Source of the DNA: Spirochaetia bacterium
GTDB lineage: Bacteria > Spirochaetota > Spirochaetia > CADAEX01
Assembly: GCA_963662795.1 (NCBI GenBank)
Contig: OY759746.1
Coordinates: 384,001 to 448,000, forward strand
DNA: 64,000 nt
Reading direction: 5' to 3'
Shown: positions 36,296 through 45,494 of the stretch, piece after piece
How the letters are laid out: each line of letters opens with the position of its first letter
How positions within the stretch are numbered: the first letter of the stretch is position 1
The notes under the pieces: generated by a model
What the model saw: only the letters and a program-made list of their open reading frames with translations
The model's database searches: none
What the model was told of the DNA's origin: nothing
Translations under genes and position numbers: made by a program

Positions 36296-37555
36296 TTAGT
36301 TTTCCTTAAAATATTCCCGCGGATCTGTAATTTTTCCTGCGACAGCAGATGCGGCAACGGTTGCCGGTGAGGCGAGATAAATACGCGCTTTTGAACTACC
36401 CATTCGTCCTGGAAAATTTCTATTTGTCGCAGAAATGCAGACCTCATCATCAGCCAACAGACCTGCGTGAGTTCCGAGACAGGGGCCGCACCCTGGTGTG
36501 TTAAACACAGCGCCAGCGGCAATAAGATCACTTACATAACCTTTCTCAAGAGCTTTCAAATAAACTTCACGGGAAGCCGGTGTGATAATAAGCCTTGTCC
36601 CTTTATTAACATGATTATTTCTCAGAACTTCTGCAGCCGAACAGATGTCCTCAAGTCGACCGCCGGTACAGGAACCTATAAAGGCCTGATCAACATGAAC
36701 ACTTGTTACATTTTCAATTTTTTCAACACTATCAACCCTGTTTGGGCATGACACCTGAGGCGACAGGGAAGTAACATCAAATTTGAATTGATTGAAATAG
36801 TTGAAATCACGATCAGTCTCATCAATTAATATTTCTTCCTTCATCCGTCTTTTAAGATACTCAAGAACTTTGAAATTAGGTTTCATATATGCAGTTTTTG
36901 CACCCATTTCCACAGCCATATTGCATATAGTCATCCTTTCAGCAACATCTGCATTTTCAACATATTCACCGCAGAATTCAATTGCCTGATAAACAGCAGC
37001 ATCAGATTTCAATTCTCCAAGTATTTTAAGAATAACATCCTTGGCAAATACTCCAGGTTTTAATCTTCCGTTTATCTCAATTTTTATGACTTCAGGAACC
37101 CTGAACCAAAGTTCACCGGAAATCAATACAACAGCCGCATCCGTCGCACCAATCCCGGTTCCAAAAGCGCCGAAAGCTCCGTGAGTAGTAGTATGTGAAT
37201 CGGTCGCGACAAGGATCATACCAGGGCGTATGATTCCAGCTTCAGGCATGACCTGATGACAAACTCCGCATTCAACGTCAAAATGATAAGTAAAATTCTG
37301 TTTCTTTGCGAACTCCCTCATTTCCTTATGAATCTGGGCTGTTCTTATTGTCGACGCCGGAGCATAGTGATCAAAAATAAATGAGACTTTATCTGGATCA
37401 CGGACTTTATCTCCACCCATTTCGTAGAATGATCTGAGAACCTGTAAATATAAATCGTTAATCTCAAGAAAATCAATTTTGCAATTAAGTATTTCCCCTG
37501 CTGTTACATCAGATTTACCTGATGCCCTTGCAAACATTTTTTCAATGGCATGCAT
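36296..37555 (-). CDS. leuC: Aconitase-family (LeuC/HacA/DmdA-like) dehydratase large subunit
   Basis: DH, GVCHQ, TDSHT, IGSCTGGR, PGCGPC, NRNFPGRMG. Confidence 0.9.
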   Translation of the reverse strand: MHAIEKMFARASGKSDVTAGEILNCKIDFLEINDLYLQVLRSFYEMGGDKVRDPDKVSFIFDHYAPASTIRTAQIHKEMREFAKKQNFTYHFDVECGVCHQVMPEAGIIRPGMILVATDSHTTTHGAFGAFGTGIGATDAAVVLISGELWFRVPEVIKIEINGRLKPGVFAKDVILKILGELKSDAAVYQAIEFCGEYVENADVAERMTICNMAVEMGAKTAYMKPNFKVLEYLKRRMKEEILIDETDRDFNYFNQFKFDVTSLSPQVSCPNRVDSVEKIENVTSVHVDQAFIGSCTGGRLEDICSAAEVLRNNHVNKGTRLIITPASREVYLKALEKGYVSDLIAAGAVFNTPGCGPCLGTHAGLLADDEVCISATNRNFPGRMGSSKARIYLASPATVAASAVAGKITDPREYFKEN

Positions 37556-37576
37556 GAATAGTCCTTAATTTATCAT

Positions 37577-37612
37577 TAATAATCCGGTCATAATTCAACA
37601 ACCGGATTATTA
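37577..37612. other. Intra-operon hairpin between the transporter and the leuC-like gene
   Basis: 12-bp perfect stem TAATAATCCGGT/ACCGGATTATTA. Confidence 0.55.
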
Positions 37613-37624
37613 GGCTAATAGCTC

Positions 37625-38935
37625 TTACAATCCTACGCCAATAGTTGAAGCTAGAATACTGGCAATAATAATAATCAATGCACCGCCGATTCTGCTTGAT
37701 ATTTGTGCAAAAGGCATCAATTCCATTCTTTTAGCAGCTCCGAGAGTAGCAATATCACCGGAACCTCCCATGTTTGCCATACACAATCCTGCTGTTATTG
37801 AGGATTCAACTGGATAAAAACCAATAAGTTTTCCGACAATCCATGCACCTGCAACAGCGCCTGTCAAGGTAGTGAAAACCAGTATCAGATAGGTAAAAGT
37901 CAAAGCTTCAAAAACAATTGAAAGATCTGTATAAACAAATCCGATGCCGAATAAGACAGCAGGAATAGATACTTTCATGATAAATCCGTACCACTGTGTA
38001 ATCTGTTTTTCAAGCTGTTTAGGGAAAAACCCTGATATTTTTACTGCCGCTACTGCTATAATTGTCCATGCATAATAATGTATTTGAGGAATAATTTTAT
38101 TTAACATAATGCCAATTGAGAAAAATATTCCGGTTATAATGATACCGGTACCCATATACATATAATTTATTTCTTCTTTTTCTTTTTTTGACTCTTCAAG
38201 CTTAACGCCTTTTATCAGCATTCCGTTTCCTGTTGTAGTCGGGTATTTTGTCCCAATTTTATTCATGAATCCGGCAAAAACAATTGCAAGTGCATTTCCC
38301 AGCGCAACAGCAGGCATCAACAATGATAAATAATAAGTATTATCCTGTGAAAGAATAGAACCGTACATTTGTGATGTTGGAACAGCTCCTGCGGATGTAC
38401 CTCCTCCCATTATCGGCAGTGCAATAAACATCACGGCCTGTTTCCAGCCGTAACCCATCAGCTGTCCAACTAAACCTGTTAAAGCAAATGCTGAAACTAT
38501 AGCAGTTATAATCGGAAGAAAGTATAAACTACCTGCTTTAATCAACAGTTTGCGATCCATGCTCAGTATACTTCCGCAAATAAGAGCTCCGACAGCTAGG
38601 CCGATATAATCCATAGGTTTAATAAAATCAATGATTACTTTACTTGTCCCTTCAGAAAATAGTTTAAAATATGCAAGTGTAGCTGCTGCAAAAATGGCAA
38701 CGAATGGACCACCCCCAAAATAATCTTTTATTATCGGAATATTATCTCCCAATTTTTCCAATAAGAGACCAAAAATGGTACAGATAAAAAATCCGCCAAG
38801 AAATCCTTTTGGTGTAGCATTAAACATGACCCCAATTATTGTAATTATCAGAAAAATAATGAAATATCTTGTCTGGATAAATCCAAAAAAAGTTGTATCC
38901 AAAATACTTTTTTTAGCTTTTGTATCATCACTCAT
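37625..38935 (-). CDS. 2-hydroxycarboxylate transporter (CitS/MaeN/CimH family)
   Basis: Re-entrant loop motifs PIMGGGTSAG and NMGGSG; AQISSRIGG. Confidence 0.92.
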   Translation of the reverse strand: MSDDTKAKKSILDTTFFGFIQTRYFIIFLIITIIGVMFNATPKGFLGGFFICTIFGLLLEKLGDNIPIIKDYFGGGPFVAIFAAATLAYFKLFSEGTSKVIIDFIKPMDYIGLAVGALICGSILSMDRKLLIKAGSLYFLPIITAIVSAFALTGLVGQLMGYGWKQAVMFIALPIMGGGTSAGAVPTSQMYGSILSQDNTYYLSLLMPAVALGNALAIVFAGFMNKIGTKYPTTTGNGMLIKGVKLEESKKEKEEINYMYMGTGIIITGIFFSIGIMLNKIIPQIHYYAWTIIAVAAVKISGFFPKQLEKQITQWYGFIMKVSIPAVLFGIGFVYTDLSIVFEALTFTYLILVFTTLTGAVAGAWIVGKLIGFYPVESSITAGLCMANMGGSGDIATLGAAKRMELMPFAQISSRIGGALIIIIASILASTIGVGL

Positions 38936-38975
38936 AATAACTCCTTATTTTTTTTTGATACGAGGTAATTCTGTA

Positions 38976-40163
38976 TTACTGATCTACTACTGAACCATCA
39001 GTATTTAATCTTGTATTAATGGGTTTTCGTTTATAGAGATATTTTTCTTCTATCCCATCAATTAAATCAATTCCAATTCCGGGTTTATCAGATAATACCA
39101 AAAATCCGTCTACTGTTTTAGGAACCCATGTTACAAGATCACTTTGTTTAAAATCATTTTTCTTAATTGCATCTGTACTGCAGAATAATTCTGTAGCGCC
39201 GACCTTTTCGTGATCAGGCAGTTCCTGTAAAGCAAAATTTTCCGTTGAAACGGCAATTTGCATACAAGCTGCTGTACTAACCGGACTTAAAGGATTATGC
39301 GGAACAATCATTATCCCGCGAGCCTCAGCTATAGCAGCAATTTTTTTGGTTCCGGTTATTCCGCCGCAAATACAAACACTTGTCCGTGCATATGCCATTG
39401 CATTTCTTGAAAAAAGCATTTCATATTCCTGAATTGTATGTATTCTTTCCCCTGTAGCAATTGGAACATTGATTCTGTTTGCAATAAGAGCCATGGAATC
39501 AAAATTATCAGGAGCAATAGGATCTTCAAGAAAGAAAGGATTATATTTTTCCACAGCATGCGCAAAAGAAATTGCCTCAGCAGGTTTCAATCTTCTGTGA
39601 AGTTCCAGACACAAATCTACATCGTCGCCAACGGCATCACGAATCATTCTAACCCTATCAGCAGCTTCATTTATCATTTTTGCATATGGCAGAAAATAAG
39701 GTTTACTTCTTGGTTCATCGAGAAAGGGAGATAAATGGCCAACCGCGTTATATCCCAATTTCTTTGCTTTAACGCATTCTGCTATCAATTCATCTGTAGT
39801 CTGTCCCATTACATGATAATAAGTCCGGATTTTATCTCTACATTTACCACCAAGCAATGTATATGTAGGTACATTAAACTTTTTACCTGCAATATCCCAT
39901 AGTGCAATATCAATAGCGCTTATTGCCCCCATAATTGCGGCGCCCCTAAAATGATAGCATCTGTACATGTACTGCCAGTGATGTTCTATGTTCAGAGGAT
40001 TTTTACCTATCAGATATGCTTTAAAAGAATTGACTGCTTCAGCAGAAGCGTCAAGAAATCCCCACGCTCCTGACTCACCCACTCCCGAAAATCCTTCATC
40101 CGTAAAAATCTTGACATACATAAACATATTAGCCTGTATTACTTTGATTTCTGTTATTTTCAA
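38976..40163 (-). CDS. Mandelate racemase-subgroup acid-sugar dehydratase (DgoD-like, atypical)
   Basis: SAIDIALWDIAGK, LELH, LEDP, TGER, PHNP, LQE. Confidence 0.88.
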   Translation of the reverse strand: MKITEIKVIQANMFMYVKIFTDEGFSGVGESGAWGFLDASAEAVNSFKAYLIGKNPLNIEHHWQYMYRCYHFRGAAIMGAISAIDIALWDIAGKKFNVPTYTLLGGKCRDKIRTYYHVMGQTTDELIAECVKAKKLGYNAVGHLSPFLDEPRSKPYFLPYAKMINEAADRVRMIRDAVGDDVDLCLELHRRLKPAEAISFAHAVEKYNPFFLEDPIAPDNFDSMALIANRINVPIATGERIHTIQEYEMLFSRNAMAYARTSVCICGGITGTKKIAAIAEARGIMIVPHNPLSPVSTAACMQIAVSTENFALQELPDHEKVGATELFCSTDAIKKNDFKQSDLVTWVPKTVDGFLVLSDKPGIGIDLIDGIEEKYLYKRKPINTRLNTDGSVVDQ

Positions 40164-40182
40164 TAATCACCTCCTGATTTTA

Positions 40183-40245
40183 TTGGTAGTACCTCTTACC
40201 TCATACCACTTTAGGCAGAATAAAATACAATTTCTGATCTGTCAA
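40183..40245 (-). promoter_or_regulatory. Promoter plus FadR-type operator for the dehydratase operon
   Basis: TTGACA-N17-TATTCT (40245-40217) followed by TGGTAGTACC and TACC repeats (40183-40209). Confidence 0.55.
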
Positions 40246-40357
40246 GAAATATTTGTTAATTTTTATGCACTATTTTTAGTTTTGCTCTTATTGATATTAA
40301 ACAGTTAATGGATTATATTCAGGACAGTCACTTTTTATATATAGAGAGTTTTGAAAC

Positions 40358-41062
40358 ATGGAATCAATCAAGAAAATTGTCATTTATGAAGCAGTAGTCA
40401 GCGAAATTATTAAATATATAAAATCAAACAATTTAAAAAATGGAGATAGAATTCCAACTGAACGGGAAATGTCATATCTGTTAAATGTTAGTAGAAATTC
40501 AATCAGAGAAGCTCTCAAAATCCTTGAAGCAAATTATATTATAACTATAAAACATGGCAGCGGGATCTATGTAAATTCTTTTAACAGTCTTGAATTTAGC
40601 CTTTATGAAACATCCAATGAGCAAAAAAATGTTCTACTCAATATAAAACAATTAGCTGAAGCAAGGCAAATGATAGAGACCTTTTGCAGTATAGAAGTTT
40701 CAAAAATTATCACTAAAGAACAGTTAAATACTTTATTTGAATATGAGGAATATGAAAATATGTTAATTTCAAGTGATAATATAACAGATATCAATAAAGT
40801 TTACCCTGGTTTCGGGCTGGAGTTAATGATAACAGATATATTTGGTAATCCTTTTATTAAAAATAATCATAAAAGAATGGAAGATTTATGGAGAAAGCAG
40901 CTGAGTCTGATCAATTCGGTTCCATTTCCTTTGGAATTAAGACATGATGATCATATTGAAATAATTACTTCGATTAAGAACAAGAATAAGAATAAAATAG
41001 AAAAAGCTGTAGAAAAACATATAAAAAGAACTGTTACTGCTATTGACAGATTATTGTCTTGA
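40358..41062 (+). CDS. GntR/FadR-family transcriptional regulator
   Basis: GDRIPTERE..VSRNSIREAL..GSGIYV wHTH plus FCD domain; divergent from the operon. Confidence 0.92.
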   Translation: MESIKKIVIYEAVVSEIIKYIKSNNLKNGDRIPTEREMSYLLNVSRNSIREALKILEANYIITIKHGSGIYVNSFNSLEFSLYETSNEQKNVLLNIKQLAEARQMIETFCSIEVSKIITKEQLNTLFEYEEYENMLISSDNITDINKVYPGFGLELMITDIFGNPFIKNNHKRMEDLWRKQLSLINSVPFPLELRHDDHIEIITSIKNKNKNKIEKAVEKHIKRTVTAIDRLLS

Positions 41063-41196
41063 CTTCTTATTGCATTAAAATATTTTTTGATAAAATCCCA
41101 GCATATATTATATAATTTTCAATTTTTATAAATACTTGTTTTACCTTTATTTGTTCCTTATAATCAAGTTAGCATGTAGACTGTTTGGAGGTTCAT

Positions 41197-42207
41197 GTGA
41201 AATACAAAATATTAGGCAATACCGGCGTGAAGGTGTCTGAGCTTTGTTTCGGAACCATGTCTTTCGGGAGCACTGCTGATGAAAAAACTTCCGCGGAATT
41301 ATTTAATACATGCCGTGATGCAGGGATAAATTTCTTTGATTGCGCTGATGTTTACCAGAGGGGAACAGCGGAAGAAATTTTAGGCAGACTGATTAACAAC
41401 TGCAGAAGCGAACTGGTTATAACAACAAAAGCAGGATTTCCGATGAATGATGACGTAAACGGACATGGAAGCAGCCGCAGGCATCTGATGAAGGCAGTTG
41501 ATGATAGCTTGAAACGACTAAAAACAGATTATATAGATATATACTTTCTGCACCGCTTTGATGATGATACTCCCATAGAGGAAACACTGCGAGCCCTTGA
41601 TGATCTGGTCAAAGAGGGTAAAATACTTTATCCAGCAGCAAGCAATTTTGCAGCATGGCAGGTTGCCAAAGCTCTGGGCATCAGCGCCAGAGAGGGATGG
41701 TCAAAGTTTGTCTGTATACAGCCGATGTATAATCTTGTAAAAAGGCAGGCAGAAGTTGAACTTTTCCCGATGGCTGTTTCAGAAAACCTTGGTGTTATTT
41801 CCTACAGCCCTTCCGGGGCCGGACTGCTTACCGGTAAATATGGTTTAACCAAACGGCCTGATACCGGACGTATTATCGAAAATGCCATGTATAAGACCCG
41901 TTACGCGGAGAACTGGTTATTTAAGACTGCGGAAGAATTTACTGCCTTCGCTGAAGAAAGAGGGTATAATCCTGCAGCACTTGCCGTAGCCTGGGCCGGA
42001 AGTCATCAGGCAGTTACAGCACCTATAATCGGCGCTCGCACTGTATCTCAGCTGAAAGACTCTCTTGCTTCCACAGATATAAAAATGACAGCCCAACTGC
42101 GATCAGAAATAAGCAGACTTTCTCCGGAACCGCCTCCGGCAACCGACCGCAGTGAAGAGAAGACAGAAGAGTTTACTTTTAAGGCAAGGCTTAAGGAAAA
42201 GCATTAA
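41197..42207 (+). CDS. Aldo/keto reductase
   Basis: LCFGTM, FDCADVY, TKA, DIYFLH, QPMYN, YSP, PIIG. Confidence 0.93.
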   Translation: MKYKILGNTGVKVSELCFGTMSFGSTADEKTSAELFNTCRDAGINFFDCADVYQRGTAEEILGRLINNCRSELVITTKAGFPMNDDVNGHGSSRRHLMKAVDDSLKRLKTDYIDIYFLHRFDDDTPIEETLRALDDLVKEGKILYPAASNFAAWQVAKALGISAREGWSKFVCIQPMYNLVKRQAEVELFPMAVSENLGVISYSPSGAGLLTGKYGLTKRPDTGRIIENAMYKTRYAENWLFKTAEEFTAFAEERGYNPAALAVAWAGSHQAVTAPIIGARTVSQLKDSLASTDIKMTAQLRSEISRLSPEPPPATDRSEEKTEEFTFKARLKEKH

Positions 42208-42295
42208 TATGTAATTCCTGTAAAAGACAGGTTAAAAAAAATGAGGCATTATTTGCTTTTTATTTAATTATAAGTTAACTTGAATTTATAAATAA

Positions 42296-43090
42296 ATGCT
42301 TATGGAACTGCTTAAATATTACACAGTAAGGAATAATGTTACTTACAGCTGCAAAATAGGATATCTTGAATTCTGGATAAAAAAATTATCAGATGAATGG
42401 ATGATTGCCCATACTCATGACGAGGAAATGAATGAAGATCATATCATTGAAGCAAAGGGCAAACCTGACCATATTGACTGGACAAGGATAATTTCTAAAA
42501 ATTCTTCAAACAGAATTATTCTAAAACCCGCTATGCCGGATAAACCTGTAATTGTGCAGTCACAGGAAAAAATCATAATTCTTGAAAAACAGAAATCAGT
42601 CATTACTGTCAAAATCCCCGCCAGTTACAGGCTTGTTACAGAGGTAAATAATGAAGAAAAGATATTATTTGAATTCCCATCAGAAATAATGTCAAAAACA
42701 TGGTTTGGAGAGCTGCTGACCGGCATGCTGGCATACTCTCTGAATACAAAGATTATCGCAGGCAGCATTTTTCAGCCGGGTGATAATTACGTTCATTGCA
42801 GAATAAATATCAGCAATACCGCAAAAAAACCATTCGTTTTCAGAAAATTATCAGTTCCTGTGAATAATATGAATATATATGAGACAAACAGTAAAGATGA
42901 AAAGATATTTATAACGGACAATCTACTGATTGATTATGCGGATGATGATAAAATTAAAATAACTGTTGATGATATTGAACTTAAAAGTGGAAATAATAAA
43001 ATAGTTTATGAAACGCAAAAATCCATACAGGATAAATATATTCTTATAAAAGGAGTTACATCATTTATCAAAACTGTAACAGGAATATGA
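42296..43090 (+). CDS. Hypothetical protein, possibly DUF432-like
   Basis: P.MPDKPVIV..SKTWFG..G.LAY pattern; immediately upstream of mscS. Confidence 0.6.
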   Translation: MLMELLKYYTVRNNVTYSCKIGYLEFWIKKLSDEWMIAHTHDEEMNEDHIIEAKGKPDHIDWTRIISKNSSNRIILKPAMPDKPVIVQSQEKIIILEKQKSVITVKIPASYRLVTEVNNEEKILFEFPSEIMSKTWFGELLTGMLAYSLNTKIIAGSIFQPGDNYVHCRINISNTAKKPFVFRKLSVPVNNMNIYETNSKDEKIFITDNLLIDYADDDKIKITVDDIELKSGNNKIVYETQKSIQDKYILIKGVTSFIKTVTGI

Positions 43091-43105
43091 TAAACGATTT
43101 ATAAA

Positions 43106-43954
43106 ATGTTTACGGAAAAAGGATTCAATTTTCAAAATTTTTTTACCCAGGATTTTATCTACAATTTTACTGTCTATTTACTTATAGCAGTAACAGGATT
43201 GATAATCCTTCGGATTATAATGCTGCTTGTCAGAAGAACCACAAAGAAAATACTTACTCCCCAGACAGCCATGATTATTAATAAAACAATATTCTACACG
43301 GGAATCGCGGTAATAGTAGTTATGATTCTTAACAGAATGGGAATAAGTGTTGCCGCTATTATCGGCGCGGCTGGTATTGTTGGTGTAGCGCTCGGTTTCG
43401 CATCACAGACAAGTGTTTCAAATATAATAAGCGGTTTATTTTTGATATCTGAAAAATCATTTGAAATCGGAGACCTTATAAGTGTCGGTAATTCTACAGG
43501 CGTAGTAATTTCGATAGATCTCCTTTCCGTAAAATTGAGAACACTTAATAATCAGTATATGAGAATCCCCAACGAATTAATTATAAAAAATGAATTAACC
43601 AACATTACAAGATATCCTATCCGGAGGATTGATATTAATGTAAGTGTTGCCTACAAGGAAGATCTAGAAAGAGTAAAAGATCTATTGATTGAAATTGCCT
43701 TACATAATCCATATTGCCTTGATGAACCCGGACCTCTTTTTTTTATCAAGGATTTTGGAAATTCAGGAATTGATATCCTTTACGGAGTCTGGTGTGTTAA
43801 AAGCGATTATCTTGCCCTGAAAAATTCCATTATGATAGATGTAAAAAAGCGTTTTGATGCAGAGGGTATTGAAATTCCGTTTCCTCATTTGTCCATATAT
43901 ACAGGGGAAGCTACAAAAAGTTTTCCTGTAATAATTAGCCGGAAAGAAGAATAA
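43106..43954 (+). CDS. mscS: Small-conductance mechanosensitive channel
   Basis: GAAGIVGVALGFASQ, FEIGD, RIPN, GIEIPFP. Confidence 0.93.
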   Translation: MFTEKGFNFQNFFTQDFIYNFTVYLLIAVTGLIILRIIMLLVRRTTKKILTPQTAMIINKTIFYTGIAVIVVMILNRMGISVAAIIGAAGIVGVALGFASQTSVSNIISGLFLISEKSFEIGDLISVGNSTGVVISIDLLSVKLRTLNNQYMRIPNELIIKNELTNITRYPIRRIDINVSVAYKEDLERVKDLLIEIALHNPYCLDEPGPLFFIKDFGNSGIDILYGVWCVKSDYLALKNSIMIDVKKRFDAEGIEIPFPHLSIYTGEATKSFPVIISRKEE

Positions 43955-44102
43955 TCCTTCGTTATTGGCTATCCTTTATGGTCGGCGTTGTCACATCCAT
44001 GAAAACCGCTGTGCAGCATTACGGGTTTAACACGCCTGAAGCAATATAGTTAAAACATGAACGGATAAAAAGAATCCCTTAATATACAGTGGAGGTTTGG
44101 AA

Positions 44103-44391
44103 ATGAAGACGATAGTAATATTACTCATAATTATCGGTATAGTTCCCCTCCACATGGCTATAAAAAAGTCAAGGAAACCCTCAAACCTGGGGGTCATCCA
44201 CGGGAAACTATATACATACAGTAAGTACCGCACCCAGGATAAAATATCACGATGATCTTGAGTTTTACTTTGATAATGAAGCAGAGCTGATACATTTCCG
44301 TTCTGCATCGCGGTGCGGTTATTCAGATATGGGATTGAACAGTGAGCGGTATAACCGTCTAAGAAAAATATATTCAGATATGGAGAGTTAA
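44103..44391 (+). pseudogene. DUF1499-family pseudogene with an internal deletion
   Basis: N-terminus MKTIVILL..PSNLGVIHGKL joined out of frame to C-terminus YHDDLEFYFD..IHFRSASRCGYSDMGLN. Confidence 0.7.
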
Positions 44392-45261
44392 ATGGAATTC
44401 AGTTCAGAAGTTATGAAAAAACTACTCAGAGAACAGCAGGATGAGATAAACGCCCATGAACTCTATAATAAGATTGCCGGGCTTCTGAAGGATCAGGAGA
44501 ATAAAAAGACAATGGAGTTAATAGCCAAAGATGAACTGAAACACTATCAGAGGCTGAAAGAGTTGACCGGAAGGGAAATGAAAGCCCGGAAGTTCAAGGT
44601 TCTTCTGAATTACTGGTTTGTCCGTATTTTCGGTATTACATTCGGCATAAAAATGCTGGAGCAGGGAGAAAGCAGCGCAATTGTCAGTTACGGCGAAGAG
44701 GATGAAGCCCTTAAGTATATGGACGAAATTATCAGGGACGAAAAGAGGCATGAGAATGAGCTGATCGACATGCTGGATGAAGAGCGCCTCAAGTATGTAG
44801 GCTCTATTGTCCTGGGTCTCAACGATGCACTTGTGGAGCTGACCGGAGCCCTGGCAGGTTTTACTATAGCCTTTCAGAACACCAAACTGATAGGACTGAC
44901 CGGTCTGATAACCGGAATCAGCGCCTCCTTCTCCATGGCGGCCAGCGAATACCTGTCGACCAGGCATGACGGCGGGGACAACGCCGGAAAATCCTCCCTT
45001 TATACAGGGTTGGCTTATGTTTTTACAGTTATTTTTCTGGTTCTGCCTTTCGCAATTTTCACCAATCCCTTTGTATGCCTGGCAGCGACTCTCTTTATGG
45101 CGATTTTTATAATCTTCTTTTTCAATTTCTATGTAGCAGTAGCCAAAGGGTATAATTTTAAAAAAAGATTCTTTGAAATGGCTGGAATTTCGCTGGGTAT
45201 TGCGGGGATTTCCTTTGCTATCGGTATTCTGATCAAGGAATTTATCGGGGTGGATATCTAA
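44392..45261 (+). CDS. Rubrerythrin-like domain fused to a VIT1/CCC1 transporter
   Basis: E..DELKH and E..DEKRH diiron motifs; VLGLNDAL and SMAASEYLS. Confidence 0.9.
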   Translation: MEFSSEVMKKLLREQQDEINAHELYNKIAGLLKDQENKKTMELIAKDELKHYQRLKELTGREMKARKFKVLLNYWFVRIFGITFGIKMLEQGESSAIVSYGEEDEALKYMDEIIRDEKRHENELIDMLDEERLKYVGSIVLGLNDALVELTGALAGFTIAFQNTKLIGLTGLITGISASFSMAASEYLSTRHDGGDNAGKSSLYTGLAYVFTVIFLVLPFAIFTNPFVCLAATLFMAIFIIFFFNFYVAVAKGYNFKKRFFEMAGISLGIAGISFAIGILIKEFIGVDI

Positions 45262-45265
45262 ATAC

Positions 45266-45288
45266 GGGAGCGGCGGCCTGCCGTTCCC
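45266..45288 (+). terminator. GC-rich hairpin after the VIT1 gene
   Basis: GGGAGCGGC-GGCCT-GCCGTTCCC; no clear U-tract. Confidence 0.4.
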
Positions 45289-45494
45289 TGCATGAGCAGA
45301 ACCTGTCATTTTGAGAAAGAAAAGAGCAGTTCACCAATTTTTCAGTTCTGAAAAGTTCAGATAATAGTAAATACTGCTTTATCAGGCAATCTTTATTTCA
45401 TTTTTATTTTTATATGTAATAATATTTTCATGTATTTATCTTTTACCGGAAAACCTATATAATCATCCATCAGTAATCACCAAGGATATTAATT

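Noticed and set aside
36295-36531. N-terminal extension of the LeuD-like ORF
   Set aside because: Overlaps leuC in another frame; homology starts at ATG 36294
35788-37555. Leucine biosynthesis operon
   Set aside because: No leuA or leuB; the transporter, dehydratase and FadR context indicates catabolism
44518-45309. 263-aa antisense ORF
   Set aside because: Shadow of the GC-richer rubrerythrin-VIT1 gene; no motifs
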